Virus record (IMG/VR): IMGVR_UViG_3300031999_000017
Span: 1-62,651 of that record
DNA length: 62,651 bases
Origin: a virus
Taxonomy: Duplodnaviria; Caudoviricetes
Strand: one strand, 5' to 3'
Shown here: positions 8,934 through 18,555 of the stretch, piece after piece
Layout: every line of letters starts with the position of its first letter
Numbering within the stretch: position 1 is the first letter of the stretch
Position numbers and translations under genes: made by a program
The notes under the pieces: model-generated
The model's database searches: none
What the model saw: only the letters and a program-made list of their open reading frames with translations
Told to the model about the DNA's origin: nothing

Positions 8934-9173
8934 CTATCCTGCCGCAGTAATAAGTGCAGCCACCGTTGAACTGGTATAAAACACAGTTTGAATTGGTGAC
9001 GGTGCATTTGGTAATACATACACAGCAGTTACACAAGCTACTCCAGAATAAACAGTTGATGGAATAGTTTTTAAATAAATTTGTGAAGGTGGAAATGCCA
9101 TCACAACTCCAGAAGGAGCGTTCCAATCATTTGAATTAGAACCAAAAACAGTTACAGAAATTAAGTTTGCCAT
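8934..9173 (-). CDS. Stand-alone copy of the repeated N-terminal domain of 21674..23290; probable capsid decoration protein
   Basis: Shared pattern MAN.I..TV....AF....IY......TxIxAA. Confidence 0.7.
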   Translation of the reverse strand: MANLISVTVFGSNSNDWNAPSGVVMAFPPSQIYLKTIPSTVYSGVACVTAVYVLPNAPSPIQTVFYTSSTVAALITAAG

Positions 9174-9240
9174 TTTTTTTAATTGTTTTTTTAGCTAAAA
9201 ATAAATTAACGTAGTAAAAATAATATAATTTTAAATACAA

Positions 9241-9450
9241 ATGACAATATTTGAACCAAAAAATCCAGTACCTTGCGTAACACCATTAGGAGACGCGTAT
9301 ATTTGGTATATAAAATCTAATGGTTTTTTGGAAAACGACGAGGTTGCTTGTATATTATTAGATTCCGGGCAAGTTAGACATTTTACTACAGACCAAATAA
9401 AAATATGGCATAACGAAACATACGGAATAAAAAAGAAAAAACATGAATAA
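9241..9450 (+). CDS. Conserved phage hypothetical protein
   Basis: P.P..TPLG.A..G.VRHFT..I....N.T.G pattern. Confidence 0.65.
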   Translation: MTIFEPKNPVPCVTPLGDAYIWYIKSNGFLENDEVACILLDSGQVRHFTTDQIKIWHNETYGIKKKKHE

Positions 9451-10246
9451 AAAGTATTTTGATTTAATTGAAACCGCTCCTTTAACTAAAACTGAAATTT
9501 CTAGAATAGAAAAAAGGAATCAGTCTAAATTGAAAAAACATTCTGAAAAGATAAGGGCAATTAGTCAAGAAAAACTAAAACACAAAGTTGAACTTAAACA
9601 TACAAATGGCCGAGTAATTATTTCAATAGATACAGAAGGAAAAAATACACATACGTTTGAAAACGGCAGTAAAATATACATTGGCAGACAATTTAATAAT
9701 TTGAATCGTAGAGAAACAGAACCAGTAAATGCGTATGTAATTTCAGCAGATAAAATACCACAAGGATCAGAAATATTAATACACCCAAATGCTGTGATAG
9801 ATTCTAATAAGATATTTGGATTTAATGAAGATATCTCGGATATTAAATATTATTCAATACCACAGCATCAATGTTATTTGTGGAAAAATGAAAATGATTG
9901 GCAACCATTAAAAGGATTTGTAACCGCATTAAGAGTTTTTGAAGAATATAAAGGTTTGCTATTAGGGGTAAATCATAAATTAATTCCAAATGTTTTGTAT
10001 ATTACATCGGGAGAACTAGAAGGCAAAGTGGCACATACTTTGAAAGCTTGTGATTATGAAATTATTTTTATGGGAGATAAAGGAGTTGAAGAAAGGGTTA
10101 TCAGATGCCGTCATTTTGAAAATGAAATAAACGAAAGGGAAGAAATAATTGCAATAGACGATATTTTAACCAAAAGAGCGCGTTCTGGTGATTTATTGGT
10201 TGGCATTTCTTCTTCTGATGCAAAAAGTATTATTTTTACATTATAA
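9443..10246 (+). CDS. Protein with probable tandem GroES-like folds
   Basis: GRVIISID..G.KIY..NAYVIS..IPQGSEILIH; second unit WQPLKGFV; position just upstream of the terminase genes. Confidence 0.5.
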   Translation: MNKKYFDLIETAPLTKTEISRIEKRNQSKLKKHSEKIRAISQEKLKHKVELKHTNGRVIISIDTEGKNTHTFENGSKIYIGRQFNNLNRRETEPVNAYVISADKIPQGSEILIHPNAVIDSNKIFGFNEDISDIKYYSIPQHQCYLWKNENDWQPLKGFVTALRVFEEYKGLLLGVNHKLIPNVLYITSGELEGKVAHTLKACDYEIIFMGDKGVEERVIRCRHFENEINEREEIIAIDDILTKRARSGDLLVGISSSDAKSIIFTL

Positions 10247-10266
10247 ACAATTAAAAAAATAAAGTT

Positions 10267-10923
10267 ATGCCAATTAAACCTACTATTGTTGCAGCAAAAA
10301 CAACCACAATGAGCGGCCCGGGAGATCCTCGTACAAAAACAGTTGAACAGGTTATCCAAGAAAGAAAATATCCTACTGGAGGCGTATTTAAAGAATTATT
10401 TGATATAGATGGAAGTATAGGAAACAGAGAGTTATTGAATCAGAATTTTAATAATCCTTCAACAGAAGCTAAATATAGAAATGCTAAAAATACGGCAATA
10501 AATCCTCTTATGGGAGAAGCTGGAGCAACAACTCAAAAAGAAATTTCAGTATCAAGGTCTGAAATTCCTAGAGGAATAGCTCTTGATGATATGATGCAAA
10601 CTATTTATAAAAACGCAGATAAAGCTGGCGTAAATTCTGGCCAACAATTTTTAACATCTTTTGATAATTTACTTAAATCTACTCACCCAGAAGATCAAAA
10701 GTTTTTACAACAATATATGGGACAGGGACAATCCGGTGTTTTGCATTATGATAAATTTAAGAATGCAGCCGCAGAGCAATATCAAAGATTTTTAGATGCC
10801 TCAAGAGAAACTTCACGTGCAGAAGATTTAGCACCAAAAAAAATGGAAGGCCCAAAACTAAAAGTAACAAAAACGGTAATTTCTCCCGAAATGCAAAAAC
10901 CAATGAGCAGAGAGACTAATTAA
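10267..10923 (+). CDS. Hypothetical protein, possible internal virion protein
   Basis: N-terminal IVAAK and GPGDP motifs. Confidence 0.6.
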   Translation: MPIKPTIVAAKTTTMSGPGDPRTKTVEQVIQERKYPTGGVFKELFDIDGSIGNRELLNQNFNNPSTEAKYRNAKNTAINPLMGEAGATTQKEISVSRSEIPRGIALDDMMQTIYKNADKAGVNSGQQFLTSFDNLLKSTHPEDQKFLQQYMGQGQSGVLHYDKFKNAAAEQYQRFLDASRETSRAEDLAPKKMEGPKLKVTKTVISPEMQKPMSRETN

Positions 10924-10929
10924 TAATTT

Positions 10930-11274
10930 ATGTCTGAAAATATAGATGATTTTAAAAAAAGGCTGGAACTGTATGAACAAAACGGCCCAGCCAAATTATA
11001 CTATTCTTTAAATCGCAAGGCTAATGAGATGGCTGATATTTTAAATAACACAAGTCTTAGGGCATTAGATTTGTCTGATGCAAAAGATAAGACTTTTGAG
11101 AGAATGAAAATTATTTGGAATGACGCAACAAGCATTACTACCGCAATAACTGGTCTTGCAATGGCTATTGGAATAACCGGAGATGAAGAAAAAGATGTAA
11201 AGAAAAGACAGGTTATTACAACACCGGAAAGTATAGCAAACCAATTAGGAGACAATAAATCGCAAGATGTTTAA
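10930..11274 (+). CDS. Putative terminase small subunit
   Basis: Helical 114 aa protein overlapping the TerL start. Confidence 0.55.
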   Translation: MSENIDDFKKRLELYEQNGPAKLYYSLNRKANEMADILNNTSLRALDLSDAKDKTFERMKIIWNDATSITTAITGLAMAIGITGDEEKDVKKRQVITTPESIANQLGDNKSQDV

Positions 11275-13342
11275 TAAAATAGAAAGCGGAATTTCAATAG
11301 ATATTCAAGGATTAATTTGCAACATACCCCCAGAAGGGTATGTTTTTAATTTAGCAACAAAAAAACTTGAGCGCCGCGAAGTTTATAAAAGATCAAACGA
11401 CACCAAGGAGCAATACTGGGAAAGAACCCCATTGCCTCATTGGTATAAAGAAGTAATGAAGAAAGAGGAGGCGTATGATAAAAAAAGAAAAGAAGATGAT
11501 GCTCCTTTTTATGATGAAAACCTTGAAAAATATAAGCAACAAGAATGGGATAGAAGGTTAAATGGCTTTTGGTTTATGAATAATGGGAAAGCTACGTATA
11601 TAACCGGATCTCATTACATGTATATGCAATGGTTTCAAATTGACATTGGTTATCCAAGATTTAGACAACCAGATTTGGAATATTTTTATTTTTTAAAGTA
11701 TGTTGAAGAAGATCCAGATTGCATGGGCATGCTAGAAATAACCAAGCGCCGATTCGGTAAAACATACAGGGGCGGAATGTTCTTGTACGATTACATAACT
11801 CGTACAAGAATGACAAATGGAGGTATCCAATCAAAAACTGGCGCTGATGCTAAAAAAGTTTTTGCAAAAGCAGTAATTTCTCCATTTAAAAAATTACCAA
11901 GATTTTTTAGACCAGAGTATGACATGAGCTTGGGTGTTACCCCAAAGTCTGAAATAAGATTCCAGCAAACGAACGTAAGAGGAAAAAAAGCGGAAGATAA
12001 TATTGATAAAGACGAATTAGGATCAATGATTGACTTCCAAAGTGCAGATACTATTGCTTATGATGGGCAAAAATTACACAGGTATTTTTCAGACGAGTGG
12101 GCAAAAACTACCGAAGTAAATATTTATGATAGGCATGAGGTTATTCGTTATTGTTTACTTGATGATGAAGGTAAAATTATTGGTAAGGCGCTTTATAGTT
12201 CTACAGTTGAAAAACTTGACACCGAAAGAGATGGTATTCAAGATGCAGCTAAAAGCCTTTGGGATGATAGCGACCAGTTAAACAAACAAGAAAACGGAAG
12301 GACAGCTAGTGGCTTATATCGTTTTTTTATGACGGCAGACAGGGCCAAAAACTTTGATTTGTATGGTTTTCCAGACGTAGATAAAACAATAAAAGACATA
12401 CTTGCAGACAGAGATACAGTTAAACACAATGCAAGGTCTTTATCTAAAAGGATTAAAAAAGAAGCCAGAACCATTGAGGAAGCATTTAGCAATGATGGAG
12501 ATGATTGTATTTTTAATGTTCAAAATATAAATGCGCAAATAGCATATTTAAGACAAACTCCAATATCTAGATTTAGATACTTAAATTTCTACAGAGACCT
12601 AGATACACAGAAGGTAAAATGGCGAGATGTTGATCCGAATAAAACAGATTTATACTGGAAGGTACTTGTGCTTCCGCCATCTGGGCAAGACAACCAATAC
12701 AAAATGAACGGAAACGCAAGGCTACCAACTAGAGCCAATATAGGCGTTATCGGTGTGGATGGATATTCAAATACGCAAGGAGGTAAAGAATATGGCTCAA
12801 AACTTTCCGGATGGTATTTTATAAAATACGACATAAACGATCCAGAAAATACAGGCTTGTTTGGAGGTCATATTTATGGAAGGCCAAATGAAAAAGACGA
12901 CATGTATAATCAAATACTTCTTTGCTCTGAATACATGAGTTTCCCAACTTATTTTGAGTTTGTGTCAGATGATTATTATACCTATTTTAAAAATAGAGGG
13001 AGGTTAAATTATCTTGGAAGATTTCCTAAAAATTCAATAGATCCAATAAGATTAAAAAAAGACAAGGTAGATAGGCACTTTGGTTTTCCAACTACCGAAT
13101 TTGCATTAACAAAACAAAATGATGCAATGATAACTTATGTTGAACACCATAGCGAAAAGATATTTTATGAGGAATTGCTTGATGATTTACTTAAATTTAG
13201 GCCATACAAAAGAACGCCATCCGATAGAACGGTAAGCGCAATGATAACACTGGTAAGCAGTTTAGAGCAACAGCCAGTAGAAAAAGTGATTACAAAACCG
13301 CTTATACGTGTTTTTCAAAACGCCCCAAGTGTATCAATGTAG
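11267..13342 (+). CDS. terL: Terminase large subunit, crAss-like type
   Basis: KRRFGKT Walker A, FSDEWAK Walker B, RNase H-like IGVDGYS and SDRTVS. Confidence 0.92.
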   Translation: MFNKIESGISIDIQGLICNIPPEGYVFNLATKKLERREVYKRSNDTKEQYWERTPLPHWYKEVMKKEEAYDKKRKEDDAPFYDENLEKYKQQEWDRRLNGFWFMNNGKATYITGSHYMYMQWFQIDIGYPRFRQPDLEYFYFLKYVEEDPDCMGMLEITKRRFGKTYRGGMFLYDYITRTRMTNGGIQSKTGADAKKVFAKAVISPFKKLPRFFRPEYDMSLGVTPKSEIRFQQTNVRGKKAEDNIDKDELGSMIDFQSADTIAYDGQKLHRYFSDEWAKTTEVNIYDRHEVIRYCLLDDEGKIIGKALYSSTVEKLDTERDGIQDAAKSLWDDSDQLNKQENGRTASGLYRFFMTADRAKNFDLYGFPDVDKTIKDILADRDTVKHNARSLSKRIKKEARTIEEAFSNDGDDCIFNVQNINAQIAYLRQTPISRFRYLNFYRDLDTQKVKWRDVDPNKTDLYWKVLVLPPSGQDNQYKMNGNARLPTRANIGVIGVDGYSNTQGGKEYGSKLSGWYFIKYDINDPENTGLFGGHIYGRPNEKDDMYNQILLCSEYMSFPTYFEFVSDDYYTYFKNRGRLNYLGRFPKNSIDPIRLKKDKVDRHFGFPTTEFALTKQNDAMITYVEHHSEKIFYEELLDDLLKFRPYKRTPSDRTVSAMITLVSSLEQQPVEKVITKPLIRVFQNAPSVSM

Positions 13343-13385
13343 ATAACGACTATTTAAAAAAAATTTTTTGTAATAAAAAAAATGA

Positions 13386-13393
13386 TATATTTG
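13386..13393 (+). promoter_or_regulatory. -7 element TATATTTG upstream of the portal gene
   Basis: Exact TAnnTTTG in the intergenic region; the -33 spacing is short (15). Confidence 0.5.
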
Positions 13394-13450
13394 GTGCAAA
13401 GAAAATCTCCGATGAAACCATTTCTTTTAAAAATAATCAAAAAAAACAAT

Positions 13451-13483
13451 CCACTATTTACATAAGTGATTAGTGGCTTTTTT
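13451..13483 (+). terminator. Terminator-like hairpin directly before the portal start
   Basis: CCACTA..TAGTGG stem followed by CTTTTTT. Confidence 0.45.
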
Positions 13484-13487
13484 ATAT

Positions 13488-15920
13488 ATGGAAATGACTG
13501 GAACAATATTAAAAGAATTTCAATTAAATGATTTATCAATAAAAGATAAATCAGAAAAAGAATATGGCTTAAAAATAGCTAAGTATATTGATTCTACTAT
13601 AGGCGGAGGCATTAGTTCTTATTACTGGACAAGAAATAATAGATACAAGCTAAATAGAAATGCGGCCAATGGAAGAATAAATATGGGCAAGTTTCAAGAT
13701 TTGCTTGATTTTAATGGCAAGGTTAATTATGCTAATATAAATTGGCAATCTATAAGAATTGTAAACCGAATAATATCTGGACTTGTAGGTAGATGGATGC
13801 AGCGAAACGAAAGAATACAAGTTACGGCAATTGACAATTTATCGCAAGACCAAAAATACCAAGAGTATAAAGAGCTTGAATTTTTAATAGCAAATAGAGA
13901 ATATCTAGCGAAGCTTGAAGAGGAAAGCGGAATGAAGCTTACTCCAGATCAACAAATTCCAGAAACAAGAGACGATTTAAACCTTTGGGTAAAGCAATTC
14001 CAAAGACTTCCAGAAGAAATATTGTATGAGCTTGCCTGCAATGATATATTACAATCTTGCGGGTGGTTTGATGTTCTTAAAGAAAAAATGCTACACGATA
14101 GCGCTGAAGTAGGCCTAGTTGGAACATATACTTGGATGGACGAACAGGGTGTAATTCATGTGGATTACGTTAAGCCGGAAAATGCAATATATTCTTATAG
14201 TGAATATCCGGATTTTAGAGATACGTCTTGGAGAGGGCAGGTAAAATCAATGAAGATAAGCGACCTTCGCAGGAAGTATGGCAAGGAGTTTGGAGGAAAT
14301 CTTACTGAAGAGGAATTGTGGGAAATTGCAGCAACAGCAAAAGATTTTCAATACAACGATAAACTTCGCTGGGACGTAAATTGGAATATAACATTTTTTA
14401 GACCATATGATGAATGGAATATTGATGTGCTTGATTTTGAAATAAAAACAGTCGATACTGATAAGTATACGGCAGTAACAACAAAAAAGAACAAAAGCAC
14501 AATTTTAAAAAAGGGTAGTGATGAAAAGCAGGCGGAAAATGAAGAAGTAATTGACGATACTAAATACAATATTTATCGTGGAGTGATGGTAAGGGTTAAG
14601 CAAATAATGCTTGAGTGGGGATTGAAAAGAAATATGATACGCCCTCAAGATCCAAAAGAATCTGGAAACGCAGAGTTTTCTTATTCTTTTTACATGTATC
14701 AAAATTACTCTTTAACTAACCTTGCAGTACCGGAAAAAATTGAAGAACCATCAGACCAAATGATTTTGGCTCGCCTTAAAATGCAGCAGCTTGTTGCTAA
14801 AATGCGACCTACTGGTGCTTTGATAAATTGGGACGCTCTTCAATCTATTGATTACGGGTTAGGAGATGCAAATAAAACTATAGATGTAATGAAGCTGTAT
14901 GACCAAACCGGTACGCTTTATTATAGAGGTAGAGATGATGAAGGAAATCAAATTCCTGTTCCTATTACAGAACTTGCAAATTCTGGTTTTCTTCCACAAA
15001 TGCAGGGCCTTATTCAATTATACCAATTTCATTATTCGGTATTAAAAGACGAGCTTGGAGAAGATCCAAACATGGCCAATCAAGCTTTGCAACCAAGAGT
15101 AACAACAGGAAACATAGATACCGCCCAGCAAGTAGCAGCTAACGCTACCGATTACATGTATAACGCTTATGTAGAGTGTATGAAACAAACGGCAAGGAAA
15201 ATTTCATGTTTATTAAACAAGTCTGTTATTTTTGGTGCTCAAGCTTACAGACACATAGTTGGCGAAGAAGATGTAAAATCAAGGGTGTTTAATACCGATG
15301 TAAAACTTTTGCCTACAAGCCAAGAGATAATGATGCTTGATCAAAAAATGAATCAAGCTATCGCATCAAATCCACAGCTTGCTATGTTCTTAGATACATT
15401 TAAGATAATAAGAATAGCAAAAGAAGATGTTAAGCTTGCTGAAGAGTATTATAGAATTTCAATGAAAAAAATGCAAGAGACGCTTCAAGCTCAAGCTATG
15501 CAAAACCAGCAAATGACAATACAAGGTCAAATGCAATCTGCACAGTTGGCTGAACAAGAAAGAAGAAAATCTCTTGAAATGGAACTTGAAATTAAAAAAA
15601 GAATAAGCGATGCGGAAACAACCAACGAGTTAAAGAAGTCAATGGTTGCAGGATTGTTTGGTATTTATCAAAAGGGGATGGCAGTTCCGCCAGAATTAAA
15701 GCCGCTTGAATCTGAAATTTTGCAAAACATAGCAATGCCGTTGTTTGCTGAAAACATAAATGCAGAAGATATGATGGCAGCACAAATGGCAGCGGAGCAG
15801 CAACAAGGACAGCCGCAAGAAGAAGGGCAAGAACAAGAGGCGCAGCAAAGTCCAGAGCAAGAACAGGCAGAGCCACAAGAAGCAGAAATGGAACAGCAAC
15901 AAATGCAAGAACAAATGTAA
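13488..15920 (+). CDS. Portal protein
   Basis: Follows TerL; about 810 aa; crAss-like portal features and Q/E-rich tail. Confidence 0.88.
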   Translation: MEMTGTILKEFQLNDLSIKDKSEKEYGLKIAKYIDSTIGGGISSYYWTRNNRYKLNRNAANGRINMGKFQDLLDFNGKVNYANINWQSIRIVNRIISGLVGRWMQRNERIQVTAIDNLSQDQKYQEYKELEFLIANREYLAKLEEESGMKLTPDQQIPETRDDLNLWVKQFQRLPEEILYELACNDILQSCGWFDVLKEKMLHDSAEVGLVGTYTWMDEQGVIHVDYVKPENAIYSYSEYPDFRDTSWRGQVKSMKISDLRRKYGKEFGGNLTEEELWEIAATAKDFQYNDKLRWDVNWNITFFRPYDEWNIDVLDFEIKTVDTDKYTAVTTKKNKSTILKKGSDEKQAENEEVIDDTKYNIYRGVMVRVKQIMLEWGLKRNMIRPQDPKESGNAEFSYSFYMYQNYSLTNLAVPEKIEEPSDQMILARLKMQQLVAKMRPTGALINWDALQSIDYGLGDANKTIDVMKLYDQTGTLYYRGRDDEGNQIPVPITELANSGFLPQMQGLIQLYQFHYSVLKDELGEDPNMANQALQPRVTTGNIDTAQQVAANATDYMYNAYVECMKQTARKISCLLNKSVIFGAQAYRHIVGEEDVKSRVFNTDVKLLPTSQEIMMLDQKMNQAIASNPQLAMFLDTFKIIRIAKEDVKLAEEYYRISMKKMQETLQAQAMQNQQMTIQGQMQSAQLAEQERRKSLEMELEIKKRISDAETTNELKKSMVAGLFGIYQKGMAVPPELKPLESEILQNIAMPLFAENINAEDMMAAQMAAEQQQGQPQEEGQEQEAQQSPEQEQAEPQEAEMEQQQMQEQM

Positions 15921-15924
15921 TTTT

Positions 15925-16095
15925 ATGCCATACAAATCAGAGGCGCAAAGAAAATATTTTAATGTTCATAAACAAGAATTAGAGAAAGAAGGCGTTAACG
16001 TGTCTGAATGGAATAAAGAAAGCAAAGGAATGAAATTACCTAACAAAATTGTTCAAGCAAAAAAACAAAAAAATGCCAAGAGGACTAGTAAATAG
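15925..16095 (+). CDS. Small basic protein (MPYKSEAQRKYF..., 56 aa)
   Basis: Translated by hand; MPxKSxAQR N-terminus recalled from phage head regions. Confidence 0.75.
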   Translation: MPYKSEAQRKYFNVHKQELEKEGVNVSEWNKESKGMKLPNKIVQAKKQKNAKRTSK

Positions 16096-16330
16096 AACAG
16101 GGGATATGCCAGATGGCAGAGGAATTGTAAACAATACATCTCCAGATGGTAGGGCTCTTGTAAATGCGTATGCTAAAGGAACAAAAAATGCTTCAAAAGG
16201 AGCTGCAATGGTAGGTGAAAAAGGAAAAGAAATAGTTGTGATGAAAGGAGGCGAAAAGGTTATTCCAAACAACAAAGTATCTAAATATTTACAAGGCAAA
16301 ATAGTTCAAGCTAAAAACAAAAAATCATGA
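16073..16330 (+). CDS. Small basic protein with tape-measure-type YAxGT..VGExGxE motif
   Basis: YAKGTKNASKGAAMVGEKGKEIVVMKGGEKVIPN. Confidence 0.7.
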   Translation: MPRGLVNRTGDMPDGRGIVNNTSPDGRALVNAYAKGTKNASKGAAMVGEKGKEIVVMKGGEKVIPNNKVSKYLQGKIVQAKNKKS

Positions 16331-16596
16331 TAAACACAATAGCATCTCAAGCTTTAAGGGGGCAGTCGGTTAAAGTAACTGTTGCTCCAACAGATATTGC
16401 AGAAATGCAATCATTAGTTATCGGACAAGTTATGTATAGTGAAGATGGATTACTTCCTTTGGGAACAGTTATTTCCGTAGATTATTATGGTAATTCATTT
16501 AAAGTAATACCACTGTTTAATGGACAAATTAAAAACTTTGCGTTTGCAACAATTCCCGGAATTTTAAGCGCAGGCGCTACGGTTTACCAAGATTAA
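16327..16596 (+). CDS. Putative minor virion protein
   Basis: Beta-rich; in the head module. Confidence 0.6.
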   Translation: MINTIASQALRGQSVKVTVAPTDIAEMQSLVIGQVMYSEDGLLPLGTVISVDYYGNSFKVIPLFNGQIKNFAFATIPGILSAGATVYQD

Positions 16597-16622
16597 TTAT
16601 TAATTATTAAAAATAAATTTTT

Positions 16623-16979
16623 ATGTTAGCACAATATTTAGATCTTGCTCCACAACTTCAAGCAGACAATTTGGGGTATGTTATTATTGATGTAAGTAAT
16701 TATGATTATACATTAATACAACCTATTGGAGCAGATGTCAGTAAGGTTGAATGTAGTATAGATGGTGGTGATATAACTGGAGTAACTGATGGAAACGCAA
16801 CTTCTGCTACTAATTTTTATGCAGCAGCAGGAATTACGGTTTCAGATGGCGTAACATATGTAAACAGCATAACTTCCACAAGAACAGTTAGATTTCCTGT
16901 AGTTGGTAGGTATTTAAAAATAACAGCCAGCCCAACAAGCATGAATAAATTATTAGTAATGTTAGCTAAAATTTCATAA
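16623..16979 (+). CDS. Putative capsid accessory beta-sandwich protein
   Basis: Beta-rich with GRYLKI motif. Confidence 0.6.
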   Translation: MLAQYLDLAPQLQADNLGYVIIDVSNYDYTLIQPIGADVSKVECSIDGGDITGVTDGNATSATNFYAAAGITVSDGVTYVNSITSTRTVRFPVVGRYLKITASPTSMNKLLVMLAKIS

Positions 16980-16980
16980 A

Positions 16981-17358
16981 ATGACAATAACACCGGAAAT
17001 AATAAAAGGAAAATTATTTTCTTTTCAAACATCAGCACATAGTTTGCATTTTGATACAAGGTCTTATGCCGAACACAAAGCTTTACAAAAGCTTTATGAA
17101 GGTATAGATGGAATCAAAGATGATATTCTTGAAATTTTGATGGGTTATCAAAATGGAAAAAGAATAGGCAAAGCAAAGCTTGATGAATTTCCAACTTATA
17201 GTCAAGAGGCAGTAACCGCATTGGTAAAAGAAGGAATGTCTTTTGCTTATGAATTAGAAATGTGGGCCGAAGATAAAAAGTATTGCGACCTTTCAAACAA
17301 AGCACAAGATTTGAGTGGAATATTTGCAAGAACGCAATACATGCTTACTTTAAGCTAA
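16981..17358 (+). CDS. Ferritin/Dps-like protein (DUF5856-like)
   Basis: H..HF.T.SYAEHKAL..LY..I....D...E..MG. Confidence 0.75.
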   Translation: MTITPEIIKGKLFSFQTSAHSLHFDTRSYAEHKALQKLYEGIDGIKDDILEILMGYQNGKRIGKAKLDEFPTYSQEAVTALVKEGMSFAYELEMWAEDKKYCDLSNKAQDLSGIFARTQYMLTLS

Positions 17359-17373
17359 AAAACAAATAGATAT

Positions 17374-18525
17374 ATGTCAGAACAAACTAACGAACAAACT
17401 ACAATTGAGCAAGAGAGCAATCTTGCCAATCCTTTCTCTGAAGAAAGTTGGGTGGATTCATCCGTAAATGTAGAAAGCAAAGGGCAGCCTTTGCAGCAAT
17501 CTCAAGTATCCGATTCTCAACCAAAAACAGAAGATGAAATTTATGATGCTAACGAGTATCTTAAACTAAAGCTTGGTTTTGATAATTGGGAAGATGCAGC
17601 TACCCAAATTAATGAATTAAAAAACAAAAAAGATTTTGCTTTTGAAAATGAAGATAGCAGAAAGCTTTTTGATTATGTTAAAGATCAAAAAGAAGAAGAG
17701 CTAATAACTTTTCTTCAAGAAAAGAAAAAAATAGAAAGACTTTCTAATTCTGAAATTAAAGATGCTGATACTGCTGCCGAAATAGTTAAATTAAGCATGC
17801 GCCAAAAAAACAAAGATCTTGATCAAAGCGAAATAGATTTTTTATTTAACGAGCAATTTAAAAAACCATCAAAACCGGAGCAAAGATTTGATGAACTTGA
17901 CAGCGAGTACGAAGAAAGAACAAACTCTTGGGAAAGCAGAATAAATGAAATAGAAAAAAAGCTGGTTATAGAAGCTAAATTAGCAAAGCCAGAAATAGAT
18001 AAAATAAAATCAAGTTTTGTATTACCAGATATAAATCCTAGCCAATCCCAAGTAGGTTATACCCAAGAAGAATTGGATAATCAAAAAAGATACATGGATA
18101 ATTATTATAGTAATGTAAACGATGTTATAGGTTCGTTTGATGGACTAAGCGCAACAGTAAAGGACGAAGGATCAGATTTTACGGTTGCATACGTACCCTC
18201 TTATGAAGAAAAACAGGCCGTTGCAGACCAATTAAAGTCTTTTGCTGAACACAACATGGATGCTAACATGATATTTGCCGAAAGATGGGTAAATGATGAT
18301 AACACCATAAATGTAAAGCAAATGACCAAAGATTTGTTTTTGTTGCAAAACGAAAATAAAATCACACAGAAATACGTAAATGATGCCGCAAATAAAAAGT
18401 TGACAATGCACCTAAAAAAGCAAAGCAACATTAATTTTAGCGGCACGCAAAACAATGGAACATTTGAAGTAGACAACAGGCAGTCTGAAATGGATAAGCT
18501 TGCTGCGTTAATGTTCCAAAAGTAA
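17374..18525 (+). CDS. Capsid scaffolding-like protein
   Basis: Acidic coiled coil immediately upstream of the MCP. Confidence 0.7.
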   Translation: MSEQTNEQTTIEQESNLANPFSEESWVDSSVNVESKGQPLQQSQVSDSQPKTEDEIYDANEYLKLKLGFDNWEDAATQINELKNKKDFAFENEDSRKLFDYVKDQKEEELITFLQEKKKIERLSNSEIKDADTAAEIVKLSMRQKNKDLDQSEIDFLFNEQFKKPSKPEQRFDELDSEYEERTNSWESRINEIEKKLVIEAKLAKPEIDKIKSSFVLPDINPSQSQVGYTQEELDNQKRYMDNYYSNVNDVIGSFDGLSATVKDEGSDFTVAYVPSYEEKQAVADQLKSFAEHNMDANMIFAERWVNDDNTINVKQMTKDLFLLQNENKITQKYVNDAANKKLTMHLKKQSNINFSGTQNNGTFEVDNRQSEMDKLAALMFQK

Positions 18526-18555
18526 AAACATTAAAAACCTTTAAATTTAAACAAA

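Noticed and set aside
16059-16075. Programmed -1 frameshift at the A-runs fusing 15925 and 16073
   Set aside because: The downstream ORF is in the +1 frame and has its own ATG
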